A DNA stretch of 64,000 nucleotides. It comes from Dehalococcoidia bacterium. Its GTDB lineage: Bacteria > Chloroflexota > Dehalococcoidia > UBA2979. Every line of letters starts with the position of its first letter. Positions within the stretch are counted from its first letter, which is position 1. This document shows, piece after piece, positions 9,844 through 19,015 of this stretch. The translations under genes were made by a program, and so were the position numbers. The notes below the pieces were generated by a model, which had not been told where the DNA came from, searched no databases, and saw only the letters and a program-made list of their open reading frames with translations. The stretch spans positions 951,140-1,015,139 of the forward strand of contig OZ252046.1 of assembly GCA_965247895.1 (NCBI GenBank). Direction: 5' to 3'.

Positions 9844-10771
9844 GACGGTCCTCGACGACTCGAAGGAAGATCTCCTCCAGGCTCGGCGTTGCAAACTCGT
9901 ACCGGTCAATCTTCGCGCCGCGGTCGAGCAGTGTCCGCAGCACCGCCTCCGGGGGGTGGCCGCTTGCAAGTTTGAGCACGTATCCGGAACCCTCCCGCCG
10001 GGACCCGAGCACTCCGTCAATCGCCTCCGACGCCCGGTCGCTCGCGACAAAGACCTCGCTACCAGCGAAGCGGCGCTTGATCTCGGTGAGAAGGCCTTCG
10101 AGCACGAGGCGGCCGTCGTCGACCATCAGGATGCGGTCGCACAGTTCCTCGACGTCCGTCATCTGATGGGTTGAGAACATGATGGCGACGCCTGCGGCAC
10201 GCCGCTCAGCGACGATGTCCTTCATGAGTCGCACGTTGATCGGGTCCAGCCCGCTGAACGGTTCATCGAGTACGACGAATGCGGGATCATGGATGAGCGT
10301 CGCCGCGAACTGCACGAGTTGGCCGAGTCCCCGGCTGAGTTCGCGGACCTTCTTGTCCCGGTGCTCCTCGAACCCGAGACGTTCGAGGAGTTCGTTGGCA
10401 CGGCGTAGAGCGGGTTCCCGGGAGACACCTCTGAGTTCGGCCAGATAGAGAAGGTTCGGGATGACCCGGAGATTGCGGTAGAGGCCGCGTTCTTCCGGGA
10501 GGTAGCCGATACGTTCACGGGTTTCCGGGGTAACGGCGGCACCGAATATCGCCACATCCCCAGCGTCCGGCCGGATGATGTCGAGGAGCATGCGGATGGT
10601 AGTGGTCTTGCCGGCGCCGTTCGGGCCAACCAGTCCGATGATCTCGCCGGGCCGCACGGACAGGGAGACATCCTGTACCGCTATCCGGTCGCCGAACCGC
10701 TTCCACAGGCCGGTGGCCTGGACGACGGGAGTAGTCGCCGGAGTCATTGCCATAGACCGGGATCGTAGCAC
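9836..10771 (-). CDS. ABC transporter ATP-binding protein
   Basis: Walker A GPNGAGKTT, ABC signature LSRGLGQ, Walker B VVLDEP. Confidence 0.85.
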   Translation of the reverse strand: MLRSRSMAMTPATTPVVQATGLWKRFGDRIAVQDVSLSVRPGEIIGLVGPNGAGKTTTIRMLLDIIRPDAGDVAIFGAAVTPETRERIGYLPEERGLYRNLRVIPNLLYLAELRGVSREPALRRANELLERLGFEEHRDKKVRELSRGLGQLVQFAATLIHDPAFVVLDEPFSGLDPINVRLMKDIVAERRAAGVAIMFSTHQMTDVEELCDRILMVDDGRLVLEGLLTEIKRRFAGSEVFVASDRASEAIDGVLGSRREGSGYVLKLASGHPPEAVLRTLLDRGAKIDRYEFATPSLEEIFLRVVEDRHA

Positions 10772-10815
10772 GGGGCCATAGCTGTGGTGCGTCGGGGCAC
10801 GCGCTCTCCAACGGC

Positions 10816-11091
10816 CGCTCCGACTACCCGAACCAGGTCAACAACGTGCTCTGCTTCCCCGGGCTCTTCCGCGGCGCCTTCGACGCCGGCGCGAAGCGCA
10901 TCACCGAGGAGATGAAGCTCGTCGCCGCCCACGCCATCGCCGAGGTCATCCCCGACGACCAGATCAACGAGGACTACATCCTGCCCTCGGTCTTCAACGA
11001 GGCGGTCGCGCGCAACGTCGCCGCGGCAGTCGCCGCGGAGGCGCGCCGCACCGGCAACGTCCGCCAGCCCGGCTCGCGGGTCTTCGTCTAG
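10816..11091 (+). pseudogene. Duplicated 3' fragment of the malic-enzyme gene (last 81 codons, identical to 8111..8386). This is the right copy of the direct repeat.
   Basis: ORF 10846..11091 encodes MLCFPGLFRG...RVFV, identical to the malic-enzyme C-terminus. No upstream gene body is present. Confidence 0.8.
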
Positions 11092-11099
11092 GCTGTCGC

Positions 11100-11400
11100 C
11101 CCCCCGAGGGCGCTCCGATCCCCTCTCCCCTGGCGGGAGAGGGTTAGGGTGAGGGGGACTCCGAGGCAGATCGCGTGTCGCCTGCCGGGGGGCTGCGCCC
11201 CCCACACCCCATCCCGGACGAGCGCGCTGCGCGGCTCCGGCCCACCCACCCGCCCTCGGATGTTCTTTCTGTGGGGGCTCCGCCCCCACGCCCCCGCCCG
11301 GATCGGCAGCCGGAACACAGCCTCGAGGGCGCGCCTTCGGATCCCCTCTCCCGCGAGGGGAGAGGGAGCCGGAGCGCCCTCGGAACGGGGTTTTCGCAAA
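11100..11400. repeat. Two copies of a REP-like GC-rich palindromic element (cccctctccc-N4-5-gggagagggg cores inside longer imperfect palindromes)
   Basis: First copy: cgagggcgctccgatcccctctcccctggcgggagaggg. Second copy: cgagggcgcgccttcggatcccctctcccgcgaggggagagggagccggagcgccctcgg. Confidence 0.5.
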
Positions 11401-11432
11401 GGTCTCCAGAGGGAGAGCGGACAGATCGCGGC

Positions 11433-12071
11433 CTACTGGTAGGAGTAGCGCTGCTCCTTCCACGGGTCGCCGTGGATGTGGTAGCCGTACATCTCCCAGA
11501 AGCCGGGGCGCACCTCGGGCAGGAACTCGATGCCGCGCACCCACTTCGCGCTCTTCCAGAAGTAGAGCTGCGGGATCACTCCGCGCAGCGGACCCCCGTG
11601 GTCGCGATCGATCGGGTTGCTGTCGTGCGTGTGCGCGAGCAGCACGCCCTCGTGCAGCAGCTCGTCGAGCGGCACGTTCGTCGTGTAGCCGCCGTAGGAG
11701 TGGAACATCACTTCCTTCGCCTCGGGCAGCACCTTGGCGAGGGCCATCACGTCGGTGAAGCGCACGCCGCGCCAGTGGTTGTCGTAGCGGCTCCAGGTGG
11801 TCACGCAGTGGATGTCCGAGGTGTCCTCCGCCTGCGGCAGCGCGTTGAACTCCTCCCAGTTGATGCGCACTTCCTCCTCGACCAGGCCGAAGATGCGGAA
11901 CTCCCAGGTCGCGAGGTCGATGCGCGGCGATGAGCCGTAGGTCAGCACCGGCCAGCCGTCCGTCAGCCGCTGCCCCGGCGGGAGCCGATCCTCGGGCGGG
12001 CGCACCGGCTTGCGGCCGGGCAGATTGCTTGTCGTCACGACGGCTTGCTCCTCACCCTGACGTCTCGTCAA
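11433..12071 (-). CDS. Molybdopterin-dependent oxidoreductase (sulfite-oxidase fold, YedY/MsrP-like catalytic domain)
   Basis: Conserved Mo-ligand Cys motif DIHCVTTWS. 212 aa. Confidence 0.8.
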   Translation of the reverse strand: MTRRQGEEQAVVTTSNLPGRKPVRPPEDRLPPGQRLTDGWPVLTYGSSPRIDLATWEFRIFGLVEEEVRINWEEFNALPQAEDTSDIHCVTTWSRYDNHWRGVRFTDVMALAKVLPEAKEVMFHSYGGYTTNVPLDELLHEGVLLAHTHDSNPIDRDHGGPLRGVIPQLYFWKSAKWVRGIEFLPEVRPGFWEMYGYHIHGDPWKEQRYSYQ

Positions 12072-12187
12072 TGGTCCTCAGTTGGGGCGTGCGCGCTCGC
12101 GCGCGCCGCTCACAGCCATCGTAGCGGATGCACGCTCAGAGGCGAGGGCGAACGGACCGCAACGGCGCCCTTCGATAGGATGGAGGC

Positions 12188-12712
12188 ATGGAGCAGGCCG
12201 TCGCCGCGACCGGATCGGACGAGGACGCCGCGCGTCCGGGCGCGATGCGCGGGCAGCTCCGGCGCTTCGCCGGCATCGCCGCGGCGGTCGTGATCCTCGA
12301 CCAGCTGACGAAGGCGCTCGTGCGCGCCTGGCTGAGCGAGGGCGAGACCTGGCCCGAGGGCTTCGATCTGATCCGCATCTCGCACGTCGAGAACTCCGGG
12401 GCCGCGTTCGGGATCCTGCAGGATGGAGGCCCGTTCCTGATCGCCAGCTCGATCCTCGGCGCCATGATCGTGCTGATCTTCCTGCGCGCAGCCCCGCCCG
12501 GCGACCGCCTCTACGAGACGGCGCTGGCGTTGGTGCTCGGCGGCGCGGTCGGCAACCTGATCGACCGGCTCTTCCGAGGCACGGTGACGGACTTTATCGA
12601 CCCCACCCACTACCCCTCCTTCAACATCGCCGACTCCTCGATCGTGGTCGGCGTGTTCGCGCTCGCCGTGATCTCCCTCTTCCGTCCCGGCAGCAAGCCG
12701 GAGAGCGCCTGA
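12188..12712 (+). CDS. lspA: Lipoprotein signal peptidase (signal peptidase II)
   Basis: Motifs VENSGAAFG, GGAVGNLIDR and FNIADS. Confidence 0.9.
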   Translation: MEQAVAATGSDEDAARPGAMRGQLRRFAGIAAAVVILDQLTKALVRAWLSEGETWPEGFDLIRISHVENSGAAFGILQDGGPFLIASSILGAMIVLIFLRAAPPGDRLYETALALVLGGAVGNLIDRLFRGTVTDFIDPTHYPSFNIADSSIVVGVFALAVISLFRPGSKPESA

Positions 12713-13662
12713 TGCAGCAGGAACGCTTCGCCGCAGCGCGCACGGACCGGCTCGACCGGCTCGTCGCCGAGCAGCTCGTGCACCTCTCGCGCAACCAGGC
12801 GCGGCGGCTGATCGACGAGGGCCGCGTCGAAGTCGCGGGCGAGCCGCGGACCCACGCCGGCCGCGAGGTCGCCGAGGGGACCGCGATCACCGTCCGGCTC
12901 CCGGCGCAGCCGGACCTCGACGCGATGGCGCTCGACGTGCCGCTCCAGGTGCTGTTCTCGGACGAGCACACGCTGATCATCGACAAGCAGGCGGGGCTGC
13001 TGGTGCATCCCGTGCAGGGCCGACCGGCGGTCACCCTGATACACGCCGTGCGCACCCGCTACCCCGAGGTGCAGGAGATCGGCGGGACGCGCTCCGGCCT
13101 CGTGCACCGCCTCGACCGCGACACCTCCGGGGTGATCGCCTTCGCACGCTCCGCCGCCGCGCGCGACGCGCTGCGCGCGCAGTGGAAGGCGCGCGAGACG
13201 CTCAAGATCTACCTCGCCATCGCCGAGGGCGTCGTCGAGCCGCGCCGCGGCCACATCGATGCGCCGCTCGGCCCCGACCCGGCGAACCCGACCCGCCGTG
13301 CCGTCGTCGAGCGCGGCGACTCCGCGTTCAGCGAGTACCGAGTGCTGGAGCAGTACGGCGAGGAGGCCGCCTTGCTCGAAGTCCGTATCCTCACCGGCCG
13401 CACGCACCAGATCCGCGTCCACCTGCAGGCGACCGGCCACCCGATCCTCGGCGACGGCGTCTACGGCCGGCCCTCGCCGCGGATCGCGAGGCAGGCGCTG
13501 CACGCTCGCCGGCTCGGGCTGTGCCTGCCCTCGAGCGGCGAGTGGCGCGAGTTCGAGGCGCCGCTCCCGCAGGACCTCAGCGACGCCATCGACGCGCTGC
13601 GCGCCGACCACGGCGTGGAGGCGCAGCCGCTGGCGGCGTCCGGCACGGGAGGCCCGCTATGA
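12712..13662 (+). CDS. rluD: RluA-family 23S rRNA pseudouridine synthase (RluD-like) with S4 domain
   Basis: MQQERFAA... start ATG overlaps the lspA stop (TGATG). Motifs HRLDRDTSGV and GRTHQIRVH. The long ORF 12082..13662 is an out-of-gene N-terminal extension. Confidence 0.85.
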   Translation: MQQERFAAARTDRLDRLVAEQLVHLSRNQARRLIDEGRVEVAGEPRTHAGREVAEGTAITVRLPAQPDLDAMALDVPLQVLFSDEHTLIIDKQAGLLVHPVQGRPAVTLIHAVRTRYPEVQEIGGTRSGLVHRLDRDTSGVIAFARSAAARDALRAQWKARETLKIYLAIAEGVVEPRRGHIDAPLGPDPANPTRRAVVERGDSAFSEYRVLEQYGEEAALLEVRILTGRTHQIRVHLQATGHPILGDGVYGRPSPRIARQALHARRLGLCLPSSGEWREFEAPLPQDLSDAIDALRADHGVEAQPLAASGTGGPL

Positions 13663-15143
13663 GCGTCCGCGTCCGCTACGCGCCCAGCCCCACCGGCGAC
13701 CCGCACGTCGGCAACATCCGCACGGCGATCTGGACCTGGCTGCACGCCCGCCGCCACGGCGGCGCCTTCATCCTGCGCATCGAGGACACCGACCAGTCGC
13801 GCGCCGTCGAGGGCTCCGTCGAACGCATCGAGGACTCGCTGCGCTGGCTCGGCCTCGAGTGGGACGAAGGCCCCGGGGCCGGAGGCGACTACGGCCCCTA
13901 CGTGCAGTCGCAGCGCCTCGATCGCTACCACGCCGCCAGCGAGGCGCTGCTTCGCGACGGCCACGCCTACCGCTGCTTCTGCACCCCGGACGACCTGCGC
14001 ACGATGCGCGAGCGCCAGCGCGCCGCCAGCCGGCCGCAGGGCTACGAGGGCGCCTGCCGCGACCTCGACGCCGCCCGGGCCGCCGAGCGCGCCGCCGCCG
14101 GCGAGCCGCACGTGATCCGCTTCCGCATGCCGCGCGAGGGCGTCACGACGTTCAGCGACCTGATCCGCGGCGAGATCCGCTACGAGAACCGCCTGCTCGA
14201 CGACCTCGTGCTGCTCAAGTCGGACGGCTTCCCCACCTACCACCTCGCCCACGCCGTCGACGACCACGCGATGGCGATCACGCACGTCACCCGAGGCGAC
14301 GAGTGGATCCCCTCGACGCCGCGCCACGTGCGGATCTTCGAGGCGCTCGGCTACGAGCCGCCGATCTTCGTGCACACGCCGGTGATCCTCGGGCCGGACG
14401 GGGGCAAGCTCTCCAAGCGCCACGGCGCGCAGTCCGTGCTCGACTACGCCGACCAGGGCTACCTGCCCGAGGCGCTGCTCAACTTCCTCGCGATCATGGG
14501 CTGGGCGATCGACGACAAGACCGAGATCCTCTCGGGCGAGGAGATGGCCGCCGCCTTCGACCTCGCCGACCTCAACCCCGCGCCCGCCGCCTTCAACAGC
14601 GAGAAGCTGGAGTGGATGAACGGCGTCTACATGCGCCAGCTTCCCGAGGCCGACCTGACCGCGCGCTTCGCCGAGCGCCTCGACCGCGACCTGCCGGACT
14701 CGGTGGAGCGGCCGGCCGACCGCGAGCTGGTCGCGCAGTTCACCCCGCTGATCCGCGAGCGCGTGAAGCTGCTCTCCGAGGTCGCCGGCCTGACCGACTT
14801 CTTCTTCGCCGAGGACGTCCCCGTCGCCGAGCCGGACGAGTTCCTCGGGCGCTCCTTCCGCAAGCAGCCGGAGCAGGCCGCGCCCGCGCTCGCCGCCGTC
14901 GCGACGGCGCTGGAGCCGCTCAGCAGCGACTGGACTACCGAGACCCTCGAGGCCGCACTGCGCGCGCTCGCCGAGGAGTTGGGCGTGCGCGCCGGCGACC
15001 TCTTCATGCTCTGTCGCGTCGCCGTCACCGGAAAGCGCATCACCCCGCCGCTCTTCGAGACGATGGAGATCGTCGGCCCCGCCCCCTCCCTCAAGCGCCT
15101 CGCCGCCGCCGAGGCGGCCCTGCGCGCCGCCTACCCCGCCTGA
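13659..15143 (+). CDS. gltX: Glutamyl-tRNA synthetase
   Basis: HIGH motif PSPTGDPHVGN and KMSKS-like KLSKRHG. Start ATG overlaps the rluD stop (ATGA). Confidence 0.9.
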   Translation: MSVRVRYAPSPTGDPHVGNIRTAIWTWLHARRHGGAFILRIEDTDQSRAVEGSVERIEDSLRWLGLEWDEGPGAGGDYGPYVQSQRLDRYHAASEALLRDGHAYRCFCTPDDLRTMRERQRAASRPQGYEGACRDLDAARAAERAAAGEPHVIRFRMPREGVTTFSDLIRGEIRYENRLLDDLVLLKSDGFPTYHLAHAVDDHAMAITHVTRGDEWIPSTPRHVRIFEALGYEPPIFVHTPVILGPDGGKLSKRHGAQSVLDYADQGYLPEALLNFLAIMGWAIDDKTEILSGEEMAAAFDLADLNPAPAAFNSEKLEWMNGVYMRQLPEADLTARFAERLDRDLPDSVERPADRELVAQFTPLIRERVKLLSEVAGLTDFFFAEDVPVAEPDEFLGRSFRKQPEQAAPALAAVATALEPLSSDWTTETLEAALRALAEELGVRAGDLFMLCRVAVTGKRITPPLFETMEIVGPAPSLKRLAAAEAALRAAYPA

Positions 15144-15223
15144 GCGGCAGCCTCGAGGCGCACGGCGCGCCCTCGGGGGATCGTGACCACTGGCCGAGGC
15201 TTTGCTAGGGTGGAGAGGTCCGC

Positions 15224-15297
15224 TGGGGACTCGTCTAATGGTAGGACAGCTGACTCTGGATCAGTAGGTCGGGGTTCGAATCCTCGGTCCCCAGCCA
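15224..15297 (+). tRNA. tRNA-Gln (anticodon CTG)
   Basis: TGGGGAC acceptor stem, anticodon loop CTCTGGA, T-loop GGTTCGAAT, discriminator G, then CCA. 74 nt. Confidence 0.85.
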
Positions 15298-15490
15298 ATA
15301 CGCCGTATACGATTTCGGGGCCGTACTGGACAAGCTGTCCATGAACGCTGTCCGGTACGGAGCGCGGGCGCAGGGGGTAGGAGCCGCCCGGACGAGCTAG
15401 AAGAGCGAGTCTCGTTCAACGAGCAGCCGCGACTGGGGAGGTCGATATGGAGAGCTTGCTTAGCTGCTGCACGACTGAGGTGCTGGCACA

Positions 15491-17122
15491 GTGAGCACAA
15501 TAGACGGCGCTATAGACCTCACTATACCTGGGCTATCTGGAAAGCCTTTGAGCATCACAATACAAACTGGTGAATCCATCTTTGTTATGGGTGCGAATGG
15601 AACAGGTAAATCAACTCTCATACATCACCTCAATAACGAGCACAACGCGCGAGCGCGATTCATACCTGCTAATCGTCAAACATGGATGGAATCTAACTCC
15701 GTTACTATGAACTCGCGCGACAAGGAACAGACAGAACGGAATATAAGACAAGGGACCACCCGTGCTGACGCCCGGTTCCGCGACAACTATTCTGGCGCGC
15801 GAGTCAGCTTGTCCATAGCGGAGCTGCTGGCAGCTGAGGCCGCGCGAGATCACGACATCGCGATTGCGATTGATCGCGGGAAGCCCAAACGTGCGCGGAA
15901 GATATCAAGGAACCGTCCGTCGCACTTGAGAACGATTTCTTCGCTCTTACAGTCATCAGGTCTTCCAATCACAATAAGCGCTCACAATGGTGAGGAACTC
16001 CGAGCCGTCAAGCACGGACAAGAGTATAGTATCGAACAACTATCGGACGGTGAGCGCAATGCCTTTTTACTTGCCGCAACCATCCTCACTACCGAACAAG
16101 GAACGCTTTTCCTGTTGGATGAGCCTGAGAGGCATCTGCATAGGTCCATTTCAGGAAGGCTGATTTCGTCGCTCATTGCGGAGCGAGCCGACTGTTCGTT
16201 TGTAATTGCCACACACGACATTACACTTCCGAGCAAGGAAGAGGATGCCAGAGTCATTCTCTTGACGGCTTGTCAATTCAGCAACGGGCAAGCTATCGGG
16301 TGGGATGCGAAGCTCCTTCCGCAGGGCGAAGCCATAGACGAGGATATCACGAGGGATATATTGAGCTCGCGCAAGAGGATTTTGTTCGTCGAAGGCGTGG
16401 ATGGTAGCCTCGATATTGAGCTCTACCGTATCGCCTTCTCCAGCGAGAACGATATTGACGTCGTGCCCAAGGGTGGGTATCCGGCAGTCGAATCTTCGGT
16501 TAGGGCGATCCGCGGGTCCGAAGCGCTCTATTGGATGGAAGCCTTCGGTATTATCGATCGGGATGGCCGCGCAGACGATGAAGTGTCAGCCTTACGCAAG
16601 ACTGGAGTGTACCCGCTGGAGGTGTACTCCGTGGAATCGATCTACTACCATCCAAAAATCCAGAGGGAGGTAGCGGAACACTTATACGAGAGCCCAGAGG
16701 ACAAGGTTACGGCAGCTCGCGCAGCCGCCATCGAAGAGATAGCCAAGCAAAAGGAAGGCTTGGCCACGCGGGCTCTTGAGAGGATGGTGCGCCGAGCTAT
16801 CCTCGAACGAATCCCTGGACGAGAGGCTATCTCGGCAGAACTGTCTGTCCGAATTGAGATCGACATGACGGACCTACCACAAGATCCGCGTGCAGATCTG
16901 GAGCGAGCGATCGACGACAACGATCTCGAGTACATCATGAAGCACTACCCGATTAAGCCGGGCAACGTCCGGGGAGTGATCGCGCGACAACTCGGGTTCA
17001 CGAACCGGACGGCATACGAGCGGAATGTCCGCAAGGTGCTCCGTCACAGGCCTCAAGCGTTGGAGTTCGTCAGGTCCTTGCTTGGAGGCCTCCCTTCGGA
17101 CCTTACCGCTTCAGGGTCATAG
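15491..17122 (+). CDS. Fused ABC-type ATPase + TOPRIM-type nuclease domain protein (OLD / PARIS-AriAB-like), on a low-GC islet
   Basis: Walker A GANGTGKST, ABC signature LSDGERNAF, Walker B LFLLDEPERHLH, H-loop ATHD. The C-terminal half has TOPRIM-like motifs ILFVEGVDG (conserved Glu) and GIIDRDGR (DxD). GC is about 45% against about 70% for the flanks. GTG start. Confidence 0.8.
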   Translation: MSTIDGAIDLTIPGLSGKPLSITIQTGESIFVMGANGTGKSTLIHHLNNEHNARARFIPANRQTWMESNSVTMNSRDKEQTERNIRQGTTRADARFRDNYSGARVSLSIAELLAAEAARDHDIAIAIDRGKPKRARKISRNRPSHLRTISSLLQSSGLPITISAHNGEELRAVKHGQEYSIEQLSDGERNAFLLAATILTTEQGTLFLLDEPERHLHRSISGRLISSLIAERADCSFVIATHDITLPSKEEDARVILLTACQFSNGQAIGWDAKLLPQGEAIDEDITRDILSSRKRILFVEGVDGSLDIELYRIAFSSENDIDVVPKGGYPAVESSVRAIRGSEALYWMEAFGIIDRDGRADDEVSALRKTGVYPLEVYSVESIYYHPKIQREVAEHLYESPEDKVTAARAAAIEEIAKQKEGLATRALERMVRRAILERIPGREAISAELSVRIEIDMTDLPQDPRADLERAIDDNDLEYIMKHYPIKPGNVRGVIARQLGFTNRTAYERNVRKVLRHRPQALEFVRSLLGGLPSDLTASGS

Positions 17123-17169
17123 CCAAGTCGCTGCGGCGTGGAGCGCTCTCGTTGGCACCCGACCACGAC

Positions 17170-17195
17170 GAGCCCCCGGCTCTCACCGGGGGCTC
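17170..17195 (+). terminator. Perfect 10-bp hairpin (gagcccccgg-ctctca-ccgggggctc) 48 nt after the stop of the 15491..17122 gene. No U-tract follows.
   Basis: Read directly. Confidence 0.35.
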
Positions 17196-17517
17196 CCCGC
17201 CTCGTAGGTCCGGGGGCCGCTGTCAGTCCTCGTCCCACTCGTGTTCATGGGGCTCCGCGCCGCCGGGGTGCTCGTGGACGGCGTAGAGCCACTCATCGTC
17301 CTCGTGGGCGTGCCGGACCGGGCTGTTCCCCGGCGGCGGGGCGCGGGCGATGTCGGACTCCCGAACGGGGCCGAATTCCCCCTGGTACTTGTCCCGCCAT
17401 CGCTTGGTCGGCACGGCTGCACCTTCTTCTTGAGCCGCATCTCGATCTGGTAGAGCGCGCCCGCGAGCGTGCGGTGCGGGTTGGCCTCGACGAACATCGT
17501 AGCCGCCCTGCCGGGCG

Positions 17518-18891
17518 ATGCGGCGCGGGCGCTATGCTCCCGCCATGAGTCGCGAGCCCGCGGCCCCCGTGGACGACGACGAGCCGCGATCACCGCCGCT
17601 GCCCGCCGGGAGGCGTCGCGGCGTCTTCTGGGGCTGGTGGATCGTCGTCGGGGCCGTCGTCGCGCAGTTCGCGGCGATGGGCGCCGGCGGCGGGATCGCC
17701 GGCGTCTTCCTCCGCCCGATGACCGAGGACCTCGGCTGGACCGCCGCCGAGTACACGCTCGGCGGCTCCTCCGCCTTCCTGCTCGGCGGCGTCGCCGGCT
17801 TCGTGCTCGGGCCGCTCGTCGACCGCTACGGGGCGCGGCCACTGATGCTTGCCGGCGCCTGCATCTACGCGGCCGCATTCCTCGCCATGTCACGCGTCGA
17901 GGAGCTGTGGCAGTTCGTCGCGCTCTCGATGATCGCCGGCGGCGCCGGCCTCTCGATGGTCGGGCCGCTGGTCGTAAACGCGACGCTCTCGAAGTGGTTT
18001 GTCGTGCGGCGCGGATGGGCGATCGCGCTCGGCTCCTCGGGCATCTCGTTCGCCGGGCTGATCATGCCGCTGACGATGACACGCATCGTCGACTCGGCCG
18101 GGTGGCGCGACGCCTACGCGATCCTCGCCGTGGTCGTGTTCGCGATCGTCGTGCCGGTCGCCCTCGTGATGCGCCGCCAACCCGAGGACTACGGGCTGCT
18201 GCCGGACGGCCTCGAGCCCGGCGCGACCGCGGACATCGACCGCCTCGCGGCCGAGGCGCAGGCGCGCGACGCCGCGAACTCCTACACGCGCGGCGAGGCG
18301 TTGCGCACGCCCGCCATCTGGCTCCTCGTCGTCGGCTACGGGCTGAACATCCTGGCGCTTTCGGCGGTGCTGGTGCACGCCATTCCGTTCATGACGGACA
18401 ACGGCTTCACGCGCGCCGAGGCCGCGCTGGCGCTCGCGGTCAACGGCGGCGCGAACCTCAGCTCGAAGTTCGTGTGGGGCTACTGCCTGCAGCGGGTGCA
18501 CGCCCGCTACCTCTCGGCGACGGCGCTCTCGATCTCGGCGACGGGCGTGGTGACCATGCTCGTCGCGGCGCAGCTGGGCGCGCTGCCGCTGATGTTCCTC
18601 GGGTTCTTCCTCTGGGGCTTCGGGTTCGGCGGCACGGTGCCGTTGAGCGAGTTCATCTGGGCGACGTACTTCGGGCGCGTGCACATCGGGGCCGTGCGAG
18701 GCGTCGGGGCGCCGTTCACGATCGTCTTCGGGGCGCTGGGGCCGATCCTCGGCGGGCTGTACTTCGACGCGGTCGGTTCGTACGACGGCGTGTTCGCGGC
18801 GTTCGTCGTCGCCTACCTCACGGGCGCCCTCGCGATCCTCGCCTCACGTGAGCCGCCGCCGAAGCGGCTGCCCGCCGAGGCAGCAGGGTAG
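17518..18891 (+). CDS. MFS transporter (oxalate/formate antiporter-like)
   Basis: 12 transmembrane-like hydrophobic segments. An alternative start is MSREP at 17545. Confidence 0.8.
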   Translation: MRRGRYAPAMSREPAAPVDDDEPRSPPLPAGRRRGVFWGWWIVVGAVVAQFAAMGAGGGIAGVFLRPMTEDLGWTAAEYTLGGSSAFLLGGVAGFVLGPLVDRYGARPLMLAGACIYAAAFLAMSRVEELWQFVALSMIAGGAGLSMVGPLVVNATLSKWFVVRRGWAIALGSSGISFAGLIMPLTMTRIVDSAGWRDAYAILAVVVFAIVVPVALVMRRQPEDYGLLPDGLEPGATADIDRLAAEAQARDAANSYTRGEALRTPAIWLLVVGYGLNILALSAVLVHAIPFMTDNGFTRAEAALALAVNGGANLSSKFVWGYCLQRVHARYLSATALSISATGVVTMLVAAQLGALPLMFLGFFLWGFGFGGTVPLSEFIWATYFGRVHIGAVRGVGAPFTIVFGALGPILGGLYFDAVGSYDGVFAAFVVAYLTGALAILASREPPPKRLPAEAAG

Positions 18892-19015
18892 TCCCGGGCC
18901 GCGCTTTCGCGACGACCGCGTCCTCGACAGGGTGCGCGCGCGTACCGATACTCGCGCCGACGCACCAGCGAGGACGCGAGCGCGATAGCGAGCGGGTCCA
19001 GCCGAGGAGACCAGG

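Noticed and set aside
12082-13662. 526-aa ORF, 13182..15143 (653 aa) and 13259..15208
   Set aside because: These are long N-terminal extensions or alternative frames. The real genes are rluD from ATG 12712 and gltX from ATG 13659. The extensions are Arg/Pro-rich and overlap lspA.
17196-17215. Possible att-site direct repeat of the tRNA-Gln 3' end after the OLD-like islet
   Set aside because: Only a weak partial match (cctcgtaggtcc versus cctcggtcccc). It is not convincing.
17183-17893. 236-aa Arg-rich minus ORF, and 17469..18851 (460 aa)
   Set aside because: These are alternative frames of the MFS transporter gene 17518..18891, with extreme Arg/Pro content.
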